Shown in pieces: positions 26,408 to 38,952 of a DNA stretch of 64,000 nucleotides. A program made the translations under genes and the position numbers. The notes under the pieces were generated by a model, which saw nothing but the letters and a program-made list of their open reading frames with translations, was not told the DNA's origin and searched no databases. Origin of the DNA: Felis catus (Eukaryota); NCBI RefSeq assembly GCF_018350175.1, contig NC_058368.1:156490001-156554000 (forward strand), written 5' to 3'. Each line of letters opens with the position of its first letter. The stretch's first letter is position 1.

Positions 26408-27550
26408 TGAGATTGTTCCTAATTTAATGGCCTGCTTTAAATCTTCTATTATATGGTAGAATTTTGTGGTCTTTCATTTGGACATTCAGCATTTCAAAAG
26501 AATCATAATAGTACAAAGTACTGTTTCCAATATCTGGTGAGAGTTTACACTTATTTTGAAGACATATAAAGCAATTAAACCTCACCAAGAAAGGACTCTT
26601 AACATTACTTCTAACTATGCTCAGCAACTCCATGAGCATTTATTATAAAGCTCCTTGTCCAAGAAACACAGTGCTAGGTAATGCAGGAATATAAAGATGA
26701 AAAACAGAAATTTCATCTATACTCATGTCAGCCTTCAAGAGGTTTATAATCCAATAGAATTTAAATGGAGCCTATAAGCTAATCTTTCATGTTGGCTTTT
26801 AATTTCCTGCAATTTTGAAGTATTCAGAAGTATATAGACAGTAATAGTAACAATGTATAATCAAGGTGCTATAAGCTAGGCAATTCCAAATTGGGCTAGT
26901 TTTGATGGAGGTTTAAATAGGAGAAACAGCGACAGTATTTCAGTACATTGCATTCTTCCAAAGAATTCACCTAACACAGCAAGTAGCTGAAATAGAACTC
27001 AAATCCAGACAGTGGGATAGCACAGAGGCAGTTCTCACCCCTTGCTCAATTATTGGGGCAGGGGATGAAGTCACCTAACTCTCATAAGTTTTATTAAAAT
27101 GATTACAATTTTGTATCTCTAATAAAACGAGTTTAAAAGTTTTGATTTAGATTAAGTAATTTTTTAGGCTGGTCATTATTATCCATTTTTATTTTTCAGT
27201 AAAAGTTGTATACATTTGAAGTATAAAACAGAATGATGTGGTGTGGTTAAGTCATGTTTTCCTTAAATTACCCACACAAAGTCATTTATCAAAAGAAATG
27301 AACAGTACAGTATACTTTTATTCCTGTGCATAAACTCAGTGTTTTCACTAGTTATTATTAAAAATGTATTATGTGCCTCTCTTTAGTATGTATGATCATA
27401 CTGCAGGTGCTAGGAAAGAAAAATGGTGTCAGATTGTGCCTAACAGACTGCAAGGGGCATACTAATGTTCAAGAAATATTTGTTGATAGAATGAATAAAT
27501 GATTGCATCAACAATTCTTAGTATCTATTTTTTTTTTGTTTTCTTCTATA

Positions 27551-27766
27551 GTTTTTATTGATTTATTTATTTTAAGAGACGGAGAGAGAGACAGAGAGAC
27601 AGAGAGAGGTGGAGAGGGACAGAGAAGGAGAGAGAGAGAATCCCAAACAGGCTCTGTGTTGTCAGTGCAAAGCCTGACGTGGGGCTTGATCTCAGGAACC
27701 TTGAGATCATGATCTGAGCTGAAATCAAGAGTTGGCCGCTTAATCGACTAAGCTACCCAGGTGCCC
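27551..27766 (-). mobile_element. Felid Can-SINE
   Basis: tttatttattt..(GA)n..gaatcccaaacaggctc..gagatcatgatctgagctgaaatcaagagt..cccaggtgccc. Confidence 0.92.
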
Positions 27767-28424
27767 ATATTCTTTATGTCTTTCAATAGGCTTTTATGTA
27801 AAAGAACTGAACTAGCTCACAGAAGTGAACTAACTTGTCTGGAAAGACCTACACCTAATCAGTGATACAGATTAATAAAAGCAAATATTCAAAATGCCTT
27901 CAAATATTTGCCTGGACACAGAAACCATAAGTATTTAACCTTTAATATTTGGAGATTTGTACTACCTTCAAGTTAATTTTAAAAATTCCCAAGTATTATT
28001 GAAACAAAACAAGCCAATAGCTTAATTTACACAATTTCCAAATCAGCTGTGGATCTTATGTTCAAGAACAACTCAAAGAGGTCTTCAGAATCAGGCTCTT
28101 CATTTGCAAAACCCAAACCGTTCTTACCCTGCACAAGTGGGTAATTGGCTACGCACAATTGCTCTACAAATGTGCAGCCAGAACCACCCAATACAACCAT
28201 TTGCTTTTACATTTGGCAGAAAAGTGTTGTGTTAGCGAGAGGCCTTTGTGTTGTGTTTTAGCGCTCTAGTGAGGGCTTTTCCCCTTCTCCAGTGCCTTTT
28301 TAATGTTACATCATAAACATCTACAAACGAGGATTTATAATACTGATGCTTTCCTATGGATGCCTTTAAGCTGCTTCAGAATTATCCCACTATTACATTT
28401 TGCTCAGGTGAAGTTAAGGTGGCT

Positions 28425-28545
28425 TCGAAAATGGAGATAATAGCACCTATCCCACAGTGTTGATTAAGGATCCAATGAAATAATGTGTTTAAAGTACTTA
28501 GCACAGTTTCCGTATCGAAGTAAGTGTTCAGAAATGTTAGCTATT
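28425..28545 (+). mobile_element. MIR fragment
   Basis: aaaatggagataatagcacctatcccacag..aaggatccaatgaaataatgtgtttaaagtacttagcacagt. Confidence 0.75.
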
Positions 28546-31500
28546 AGTGAAAAGAAAAATAGCATCAAGAATATTTTAAACAGTAATTTTTAAAAATTAA
28601 ATTATGTATTTTTTTCCTGGGCAAAATATTCAGTCTTCTTAATGACATACAAAATTTCGATTCATGTTTCACAGACACTAAGAAACACACAATGGGACAC
28701 AGGTAGAGGCTTGCATAAGTATTCCCAATTAAAATGATAATGCTTTTGCTAATTTTCAGGTGTTAACGGTCCAATAAAATGGAAGGCTATGAAGGCAAAA
28801 GTGTCTCAGAAGTGGGGCTGTGCTTGGAGACGTGAGCCCTGGCCAAATGCAATGAATACTGAAACTGCAGACCGAGCTTTTCAAAACAAACTGTATGTAT
28901 TACTGAAGTGCATTTAATGACTGCACAAAACCGCAACCTTTCCCAGAGAACTCAAACAACACCTACCATTTTGAAAGAGTGTGCTGGAGTTGAACACTTA
29001 AAAAAGGAAAACAAAATAAAGGAGGCTTCGTCTCAAACTCCGGCTCCTTCCTCTTCAAATAAAACCCCATAAGGACTACATAGTTTTGTTTGCAAGTATA
29101 TTAAGTTCAGTTGCCTAAACATTTGTCAACAATAATTTAATAACAACACATATGCAGGATTTCCTTGAGAAAAAAAAATACATGTGTTAAAAAAAGATAC
29201 ATTTTTACCAAGTTTTTTTTTCTCCCCCCTTTCCCTTTTCTTCAAGGGGGATATCTCAGACCGGCTCTAGAATTCTCTTTCCAAATTATGCTTTCTGATA
29301 CCTTGCTTGAAAGCAAGTAGTATTAATCAAACAAAGGAAGGGCACTAGGGAAATCAGAAAGATGTAATGCAAGCAGTTAAAAGTGACATGACCTTCTGTA
29401 ATGTCGCTCGTCACAGACTTATATGCCACACGCTGGAGGAAGGTCTTGAAAGAAACTGATTCCCTGGTACTATTCCTTGAACGTAATACTAATAAAGATG
29501 ACATTTTTAAAAACACACGTAGACAGCCCCAAATGCAGCATGCCAGCTACATTACAGCCAAGGAATAAGCAGATAATGTTGTTTTTAAAAGCCTAATATT
29601 TCTTCCTTCATATTCCATATTTGCTGAACACTTGTCATTAACATATAAAACATAATATGTGGCTGCACTTTTTAAAAATCCATTTTCAAATGGAGCAAGA
29701 CTGCATCTGTAGAATCTATATGTTATATAGTTGCATAGGAGCTCTTTTCAGATTATGACTTTTAATTATAATTCAACACAACTTAAATGCTTTATGATTT
29801 GCAAGGAAATAAAAATTTTATTTGGCTGAAAATGTTAATAATGGTGCTGGTAATCTGAATAAAAACATGACATGTTTAATGTTACTGCACCAGACAATGA
29901 TACATAAGGGAAGGGAACAAGGGATGTGGAAAAGGATGACTGAGGTGGCGAAGGGATGAGAAAAAGTGGACTCGGGTAAACTTCATTGTTAAAGTCATCA
30001 TGGAGCAGTGAATCCCAATTACTGCTTTTTAATGCCAGTTTAGGGTGCATGTTTTAAGACAAAACTGACCAAAGGGGATTAAAACGCCCATCAATAATTC
30101 TAGAAATACTCTGTATGATGATTTTCCCAGGAATGAAGTCTTCCACTTATTTATAACTCTTTAAAGAAAAAGGAACCAAAAGGATCCTGGCTATGTCACT
30201 CTTGTGAGATGAGGATTGAGTATCACAAGGCCAGAAACTCTCAAAAGCCAAAGCTGACACAAACCGGGTTCTTTCATCTGTTTACTTTTTTCCTGGGGAA
30301 TAATCTTTGAATTAAATAGATGTTTTGCTATGTTCAGAATGAATAGTTGCACAATTCAAATTGCTTTACTCAAACACGGTCTATAAAAAAGCAACACATT
30401 TAAATTAAAGAAGAAATCACTGCTGTCCAGATGTGCAACTGCATGTTAAAAAATTAAAGAAAGAAAATTGTCACAAAAGAAAGAAGTTTCATATTTAATT
30501 TCATATTCATAGAACATCCAAATGTGTACAGATGCTTATATTTGGACACATTACAAACTAAATGCCTATTTCCACCCTAGAGATATAGAGGAATTTGGAG
30601 AGAACGGTATTCTTCAACATGGTCTGGAGTTCATTTATACCATTTTGTGTGTGCATAAACCAAGCAGAGCATGCATTTGTGTGCCAATGAATTTATTACA
30701 TGTGTAAATATGTGAAATTATTGAAAGTCTATGGATTGAGAAGATGCCTATAACCAGTCAGATTATTTCAGATCACTGAAAAGTACCAGGGGTCAAGCTA
30801 AAGACTTCTGTGGTCAATGAGATCATTATAGGTGTGCTTGGGCTGTCATTTTCACAACAGCACATCTGCTCCTCACGAAATTTTTGAGAAGGAACTTTTG
30901 CAAAATGAATGGCGCAATTAAGCTGCACATGTAATTTACTCCACGTTTGCAAGAATAAGAAGAGTCGTAAACAGGTCTGGGATACACTGTTTCATCTAGT
31001 ATATCTCAAAAGCAACTGGATGTATGATGGCTGCTTAGTTTGATTCACGCTATTAAAGATTTGACCTTGGAGAATTTCAGCCACAGTAGTCATCAAGATA
31101 ACTGAACCACTAGATGTAATAATAATTAGTGTGATAGGCTTGCCAGTGAGGTTGAATATATTGCAATACAAAAGAAGGCAGACTAAAAAGAAAAGCACTA
31201 TTACTTACTGCTAAAAGACTTCCTGATTTTCACAGAGACACTCAAATACAATTATTTCTTCTTGCAGAATGCATTTCCTTGGCTCATTCTGGGAAGTGCC
31301 ATGTTGTAATTTAGTCTGATTCTTAATAGGAAATGTGGCTTTAATGTGGCTATCAGATGACTTTTGATGCATGCCACTGATTACATATAGCCTGTACTCT
31401 GCATCATCAACAACAACATTCTTATTTGCAGTATAATACGCTTTGCTGTAAGGTGCAAGGGCAGTAAATTTACTTTACTGGTCAAGAATATGTAACCTTT

Positions 31501-33974
31501 TATTTTATTAAGTGTCAGCTTAATATGCAGGAACCCTCTTCCATTATGAAAGACTAAATATAATATAAATTCTATAATCAGTATAAGCATCTTAAATGAA
31601 TTTCTTTTCATATTTCCTTCTGAGTATTCTTAAATGTTCATTCTTAGACTTACACAAAGCACTGTGAAAGGAATTCTAGTGTTTATTTGAACTATGTCTC
31701 CATCTAAAGGCTTCACAATGTATTGTGTTTTTGCTGGCAGGAAAAATTCTAAGCTTGGTGTCTTTAGGATGGTGCATATTAATTTGACTGAGCAGGGAAA
31801 AATAGGTCAACTCTTAACCAACAGTGCGCTTTTTAAATAACAATGCTTTTTTGAAACTATTTTTTTTTTTGGTCAGGTTAGAAAAGAAGTATATAAAAAG
31901 CCCCCCAAATTGAATTGTTTAATATGCTTTGCGAAGTGAAATTAAAAGATCACTAGACGTAGCGCTAATCTATTTTATAAAATTTAGTATTTTCAAAGGC
32001 AAATTTCTCTGTGAACTCAAAGTAAACAGATCTCAAATAAAAAAGAAAATTATGCACTCGAGCCTCTCTCTATAAAACCAGATTTCCATTCCAGAAGCAC
32101 AAATTTGTTTTAAAAAAAAAAGGAAGGGAGGGGGTACAATTTTAAATGTTTCAAACTCTAAAGCCACCGTAGGAATTTTTATTTTAAGTATCTCATCAAG
32201 AGTCCACATTATCCATTTAAAACATTTTCTGCCAAGCAAGAGGAGGGAGCCGTGTGACCTCTGTTAGACTTACCACATCTACATTCTTCTCAGAAACGTG
32301 CATTGTTCTAACCCCTGCAGACATGTTGGGGAGCATTAAAGCTGCAATAGTCAAGAAGTCCCTCTTCAGGTAAATGTAAGGTTTAGCACATGGAAAAGAG
32401 GAAAATGCTACACTTTGCGAACAACAGAATTTGAAAACAACGGCAACAATCATTTACCTTGGAGATTAATGTTCGCAAACTTTTGGACCATACTGCTCTA
32501 TTAGGTTTGACTCACTTTTTACAGAAATTCACTGCTACTCCCTATTTTAAGCAGTCTGTTGGGGGTAATGGAGGGGTGAGGGGAATAGGTGGACATGTGT
32601 GGAGAAAAATATTCCGACACTAATTTGATTTTCTTTTTCTTTTGTTCTTCTTGTGCCTAGAATATTTTGAAGCCTGAGAACATTATGTGAGAAGAATCTA
32701 ACTTTGAAAAGAGACTGCGTTTTGAATGTCAAAAAATCATAGTCAGAAAACTTTAGTTTTTTTTCTTTATATCCTTTTTCTATAAATAATAATGATAAAA
32801 ATATTTTTTATCTCTTTTTGTAAAGAATAATCACCTCACAAAAGAAAGCCCATGTGGGTTTAGACCTACATTTGAACTGGAAAGAATGTCTGTGGTGAAT
32901 GGCGAATTGTAGCATAAAAGCCTGAATGAAAAGAATGTTCGCGAAACCTCACATAAAACCTCCGTAACCGTTTTATCATGAGCTTCCCACAATATAACAC
33001 AAGAGCTCTATATTCTAGGAAAAGCTTGCCTGGTCCACTTATCATGTCTGCTTTATGTAGTGTACTGTAGGATTGCTAAATTAGTGCATAATGCATTTAT
33101 AATATTTATAGTACCAACATTTAGTTAAATAACCTTTATGTAAGATTTATGTTGATTTTTTTTATTTCTCATTTAATGGCAAATTATGAAGAGCATGTTT
33201 CATAAAGATAATTCTCCATTTAAATTCATCAGTCCATTAAATATTAAAATTATGTTTCTGATGCAATCGAGAACAAATTTGTCCAGCTTCAGTGATTATT
33301 TGCACTCATAAAAATTAGGCTTGATTAATAAAATTTAAATGCTTGATTAAGTTGACATTTTCATGTTCTATTCTGATTTATTAAAATTAGTCCCTGTGCC
33401 CAGGCCTGGTACACTAGTGTGGGTTTACCTTCCTCCTTCTCTTAGTCGACATCCAGAGAGAGGCTGTTAGGAAGGTGTATTGTGCTTTTGGACTCAAAGT
33501 TGGTTTCAGAAAAATGCCCTGTTCCTTGCTCACAGCGCTGCTGGCCCTGGTCTTTATGCATTGTGCATGGTGGAGGTTTGTATTACAATAAACAAGAAAA
33601 ATGTTTCTTTCAAATATCTATTGATATGATCTGGAAAACGGCATTTATTTATGGTATTTCTGTAAAACCAGTTACGAAGAAGCTTTCATCTGTAGAGGAT
33701 GGGTCAAATTTCTTCATCTGCTTTTTTTTTTCTGATACAAAGTACAGTTTTTATATTTGTGGGACTTCCATACACATAGCAGGGGGGTTATAGACACAGG
33801 AAGTCTTTCTGTGACAGTGCTGTCTTTGTCTATAAGCCTAAAACCAAGACTGATGGTCATAGAAAACCATCCTCTTCAAGAGCATTTACAAGGGAACTCT
33901 TCAAGAGAAGAAGTGACATACAATGTTTAAACCCTCATTATAGCCACCCTGGTTTGTCCTGTTTTCCACATGGT

Positions 33975-34190
33975 CAGGTGCCTAGTTGTCATTTATTGTG
34001 TCCTCAGTATAAGACAGTAGGTTGTCTCTTCAATCCTCACAAGACCTCAACAAGATGGGTATTATCCCTCTTGTTGATGAGGAAACTGCAGCTCATGGGA
34101 ATGAGTAAATTTGTACAGCCAACAAGGGGGAAGGTCTTGAGCTAAATCCAGGTCTTCCTAATTTCAAAATTTGGTCTTTTAACTTCAACC
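33975..34190 (-). mobile_element. MIR fragment
   Basis: caatcctcacaagacct..agatgggtattatccctcttgttgatgaggaaactgcagctca. Confidence 0.7.
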
Positions 34191-35879
34191 ACCTGGAAAT
34201 GAGTAGTGGCGACACTCATTTTTAAGATGTTTTTGATGCTGCCTGTGGGAGTGTCGCTCAGTTGGAAATTCGTTTAGATGAACTGACTTTCTTCCATTTA
34301 AGCATGCTACCAAAATATTTGGCTATTTAAAAAAACAAATGGCATGGTACGATAGTTATTTTTTCTCGCATGATGAAATGAATTCAGTAACAGATGACGG
34401 AAAATGCCCTTGAAGGGATATTTTAGTTTGGTTACCTACATGTACCATTACAGTTCTATGTACAAGATGGTGGAAAGGCTTTAAGTCTGCATGCCCTTGA
34501 TAAATGTGTATCATATAACACTAAAAAAATTATGAATATAAAATGCTCAGAATTGGACCCCTATAATAGTTCTGAGTTACAAACATTTTCCACAAGCAGA
34601 TAAAGACATACCATTTGGTTTCTACTTTTAGTTTGTTAATTGAAGTCTTGCACTTTCTTGTCACCTTTCCGAACCAGGACAATAAATCTCCACAAATATC
34701 ACAGGAAACCCTGTGCCAACACCACCACTACAAAGGGTATAATGATCAGGACTAGCAATGCAAACTAGTCAAGGGATCATGAGTCAGCTACACTACAAAG
34801 TGCTTCTGTTGACTGTATATCCTACCTCCCTCACCATAATGTTCCAAGGAGTTTTGGCTAGCTACAAGGAGATGGCAAAATCATTCACAAAGAACAAACA
34901 GGCTACCACTAAAAAGAGGGAGAGGGAGAATAACATATTCACCCTGGGAACTGAGACCTAAACTGTGAGTATCCTTTTTTCTTCTTTCCTTCAGCTCCCT
35001 CTTCAATTAGAGAAATGACAAAACTGTGGGGGAAGACCTTTTGGAAGAACAAAGGTAATAAAAACATTTGGTTGACATACAGGTAAACGCCTGGGTTGGA
35101 CACTTTGGAGAACCACCTAGGTAATGAGTTCTTTGGATCTACGGGAGGCTTTGAAGGGAGTTTAGAAAGTTGGATTTTCAAGGAGTTTCTGAGACACCAG
35201 GGGCGATTTGGGGCCCAAGTAAGAGAAAATCCATTATTTATGGGGGCAAGATACTCAGGTTTATTTCAAGGTTGCCAAGACAATTCATTTGGTGGAAAAG
35301 GAGCTAGCTTTCAGGGAAGAATCCTCTAGAAGAATGAAGCTCCCCTCTTTATCTCTCACATGCGTCTTTGGAGAATCTGAACAAGGTGGGAAGGATTCAG
35401 GCAAGATACGAGAGTAACTACAAGCATCCTCTATGGCAGCTACCGCTAACTTTAATTCTACCTTTCTTCTGAGTCTTAACAGATCCAAACCAACAAGTAT
35501 GCCTTCCAGTGAGGAGAATCTTTAGTAAATTGACTTTTAAAAATAGAAATGTTTTCTTTTACATCTTTCTCTGTATGAACTGAGATGTCACGTACAGGTA
35601 ACACTCATCTTCTACCGTTCTATAATTTTATCTTTCCAATTTGAAGTTTTGCTACAGTCTGAGAATAGAGTAGAAAGACAGCCAATATACTGAAGAAGTA
35701 TTAAAGGCAAACATGGAGTTAGTGAAAGGGACAGACTGAAGGGTGGAATAAGAACTGTGGTCACAGATGAACAGACCCCTTTTCTTTACATATGCAGCAC
35801 ATGCACATACATCTGGGGTGATCTAAACCCCTTTTGGTTGCACACCCTGCAAATCATATACACACCCCTATTATTGCAT

Positions 35880-36022
35880 CTATTATATTCATGTACTTGA
35901 CTTAGTTGTTTGTTTCTCTCATTAGACCACAAACTGTCCTGGGAAGGGACCCTCTCTTAATCATCTTTGAACAACAGCTAGTGACACGCCTGTAGATGTT
36001 TAATCAACTTTTGTTGAATGGA
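35880..36022 (+). mobile_element. L2 3' end
   Basis: attagaccacaaactgtcctgggaagggacc..tcatctttg..gtagatgtttaatcaacttttgttgaatg. Confidence 0.65.
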
Positions 36023-36053
36023 AATAGTCCTGCATAAAAATTAGACAATTTTT

Positions 36054-36519
36054 GGGGTGCCTAGGTGGCTCAGTCAGTTGAGCGTCTGACTTCGGCTGAG
36101 GTCATCATCGCAGTTTGTGGGTTTGAGCCTGGCGTTGGGCTCTGTGTTGACAGCTCAAAGTCTGGAGCCTGTTTCAGATTCTGTGTCTCCCTCTCTCTCT
36201 GTCCCTCTCCTGCTTGTATTCTGTCTGTCTGTCTGTCTCTCTCTCAACAATAAATAAACATTAAAAGGGGTGCTTTGATGGCTCAGTTGGTTAAGCGTCC
36301 AATTTCGACTCAGGTCATTATCTCACGTTTCATGGGTTTGAGCCTGGCGTTAGGTTCTGTGCTGACAGCTCAGAGCCTGGAGCCTACTTCAGATTCTGTG
36401 TCTCCTTCTCTCTCTGCTCGTCCCCCATTCATGCTCTTTCTCTGTTTCTCAAAAATATATAAATGCTAAAATTTTTTTTAAGTGAATAAACATTAAATAA
36501 TTTTTTTAAATCAAAAATA
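36054..36519 (+). mobile_element. Felid Can-SINE (outer element), its tail interrupted by a second SINE
   Basis: Outer TSD ttagacaattttt at 36041-36053 and 36520-36532. Confidence 0.92.
36266..36484 (+). mobile_element. Felid Can-SINE nested in the tail of the preceding SINE
   Basis: Inner TSD aataaacattaaa at 36253-36265 and 36485-36497. Confidence 0.9.
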
Positions 36520-36919
36520 TTAGACAATTTTTGACCCGGAAAGAAAGATTAGACTAAAATATTTATACATTCATCAAATATTTTTTGAGCAACTGCTACA
36601 CTTCTGTGTCTGAGACATCTTGCTCTGTTCTGGGAGTAAATACAAAAATGTAAGATACAATGAGAACAATTTCGACCTGGTGATAAAGACCGACAGTGAG
36701 GTGACTATTACAATATAGTGAGACAGGTATTGGGATCTCAGAGGGGTCAGTTCACTTATCTTCTTGGTATGACTTGATAGGGGCACGCTGGTGGTAGGGG
36801 GAGAGAGTGAGAAAGTCAGGGATGATTTAGTAGAGAAAATGATAAAGATGTGAGGTGGTTACCCAGGAACATATACATGAAATATTAAAATCTGACTGGG
36901 TGGCAAAATAGTATTAACT

Positions 36920-37570
36920 GCCAAAATACTTAAAATGTACACAGACTTTGACCCAGAAATTCTCCTATGACGATAGTCCTAAAGGGCATTACCAGAGACC
37001 TGACCAAAGATTTGGTTAGAATTTTATTTACAGCATTAATTGAGACGGAAGAAATATTTGAAGTACTTCTAAAAGGAGTGTTTAAGAAAAAATTATTCAT
37101 ATGGTGAAAATTATGTAGCCAGTAATAATCATGGGGTTTTCCACTGATTTAAAGGATCCTCTGGATATGCTGCTGATATAAAAAGTAGATGTACTGGGGC
37201 ACCTGGGTGGTTCAGTCCATTAAGCGTCCAACTTGATTTTGGCTGGGGTCATGATCTTGGGTCATGGTCTCATGGCTTCATGGGTTCGAGCCCTTCTTTG
37301 GGCTCTGTGTTGAAAACGCCAAGTCTGCTTAGGATTCTCTTCCTCCTCTCTGTCTGCCCCTCCCTTGTTTGTATGCACTCACTCTCTCTTTCTCTCTCCC
37401 TCTCTCTCAAAATAAATATTTAAAAAGTAAATATAAAAGTAGGTGTACTAACTGTGCATGTAAGGTGATCCAATTTTTGTAAATGACATGCCAATGCCAT
37501 GAATATATTATTTTTAAGGAAAGAGTAGAACGCATAGAGAGAATGTATCACTATTTGGGAAACCACAAAT
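36920..37570 (+). mobile_element. Old L1 (L1M-type) 3' fragment
   Basis: aaaatgtacacagactttgacccagaaattctcct..ttttatttacagcattaatt..atggtgaaaattatgtagcca resembles the end of L1 ORF2 and the 3'UTR. Confidence 0.6.
37196..37434 (+). mobile_element. Felid Can-SINE
   Basis: TSD aaaagtag(a/g)tgtact at 37181-37195 and 37435-37449. Confidence 0.93.
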
Positions 37571-37580
37571 ACACTCTGCT

Positions 37581-38617
37581 CCAGACATCACTGCTTCCAA
37601 TGCAGCTGCTATCCTGGCCATGCTCAGTCCTGGTCTCCTGCATCCACCACCCCTCAAAGCTTCCTTTTTCCCCAAGGTGGGAAGCAGCAACAGGAGCAGT
37701 ATGCTGCTACTCCTTCTCCTCCTCCTCCCCGCCTCCCTTCCCCTCCTCCCCTGCCTTCTCCACCTACCCCTCCCTGTCCCCTGGTGAGCGCACAAGGCCT
37801 CGACCAGCTGCTGCCTGCTGGTCAACTCCAAGAAGGTCCCTCCAAGTTCCTGGTGCAGCTCGAGGAGGAGCCTCTGAGGCAGACCCAGAATAAGGCGCTG
37901 GGGAGACCCGGCTTCAGTGGCTGCAGCACCACCATGTAGCACACTTGGACCTCAAGCCCTTCACATGTGGCTCCTTTGGCAAGCACTTCAAGAGCTCCAG
38001 CCACCTGTCATGTAATCACACCACAAACTGTGCCAGGGGTGGCTGGCTACAAGTACGTCCCCCAGAAGCATGTGTGGCTTCCAGGACAACTTGAGCCTGG
38101 CGCAGCACATGTGCTTCCACAAAATTCGAGATCTGGCCTGCTCTGCTCCTCCCTGGGCCACCATGTTTGTCTCACACAAATTTACCGGCTTTGCAGAGGT
38201 TACCTGCTTCCCCTGGGTAACCCAGGTACCCATCTACATGATGAGAAAGGCATCATTCCTTCCTCCCCCCTGTTTCTTACTATGCTACACGGACAAAGTT
38301 GCTGCCCTCTGGGGGCCTGCTGAATGGGCGCCCGTGGAATGCAAGTAGAGAACAACAGAATCCTGGCCTGGGAGCCAGTTAGAACCGTGTTCTGGTCCAG
38401 CCTCAACGTGGGAGCCTTTGCAAGCAGCAAAACCTTGGTTTCCTGCGCTCCCAAGTGGTGAAACATTGTTTTGTGGGTAAAAGAAATGACAAAAGAGCAG
38501 GGGCACTGCCTGGTTCATGTTTGTAACTCCCTCTTCCACCCAGTACCCTCACCCTTTGTTCAATAAACATTCTGCATTTGGAAACAAACAAACAAAAAAA
38601 AACATACAAACAAACAA
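37581..38617 (+). pseudogene. ZNF580: Old processed pseudogene of a ZNF580-like C2H2 zinc-finger gene
   Basis: ATG at 37600. Frame-shifted remnants read PPPLKASFFPK, LLVNSKKVP..KFLVQLEEEP, LQHHHVAHLDLKPFTCGSFGKHFKSSSHLS and FQDNLSLAQHMCFH. These are collinear with recalled ZNF580 (PPPKAPPFPK, LLIDANGVP..VQLEEEP, HSDLKPFTCGACGKAFKRSSHLS, FQDAAELAQHVRLH). AATAAA is at 38562-38567 and the A-rich tail at 38582-38617. Confidence 0.8.
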
Positions 38618-38804
38618 TTCTGCTGGGATTCGGGGGAGATAGAACTGAAGGTCTGGTTGAATGGGGCCTGCCTGTGAGGGGATCTTCCACAACATGCTTG
38701 AAGATGTTGGAGAAAGACCAAAGCGGCCCGAAAACCAGAAATTTGTCTCAGAAGGGCTCATCTTCCTAAAGGTCTTGAGGTAAGAATTCAAGGTGTAGTT
38801 GGGC

Positions 38805-38952
38805 TAAAGCTGCCAGATAAACACAGAACATCTAGTTACATCGGAATTTCAGATAAATAATGAATACTATTTTAGGATAAATATCTCTGTTTATCTCAAA
38901 TTTCAATTTAACTGGGCATCTGTATATCTACTGGCTAACTCTGGCAACCTTA
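38805..38952. mobile_element. MER53-like palindromic hAT MITE
   Basis: Inverted ends tgccaga../..tctggcaacct. Internal inverted arms agtta..gaatttcagataaa / tttatctcaaatttcaatttaact. Confidence 0.75.

Noticed and set aside
36054..36130. tRNA genes at SINE heads (A/B-box-like ggtggctcagtc..gttcgagccc)
   Set aside because: These are tRNA-derived heads of Can-SINEs, followed by a SINE body, (CT)n and an A-tail.
37514..37942. 142-aa minus ORF and 136-aa plus ORF (37483-37893) as novel proteins
   Set aside because: They are off-frame or antisense readings of the GC-rich ZNF580-like retrocopy and its C/T-rich insert.
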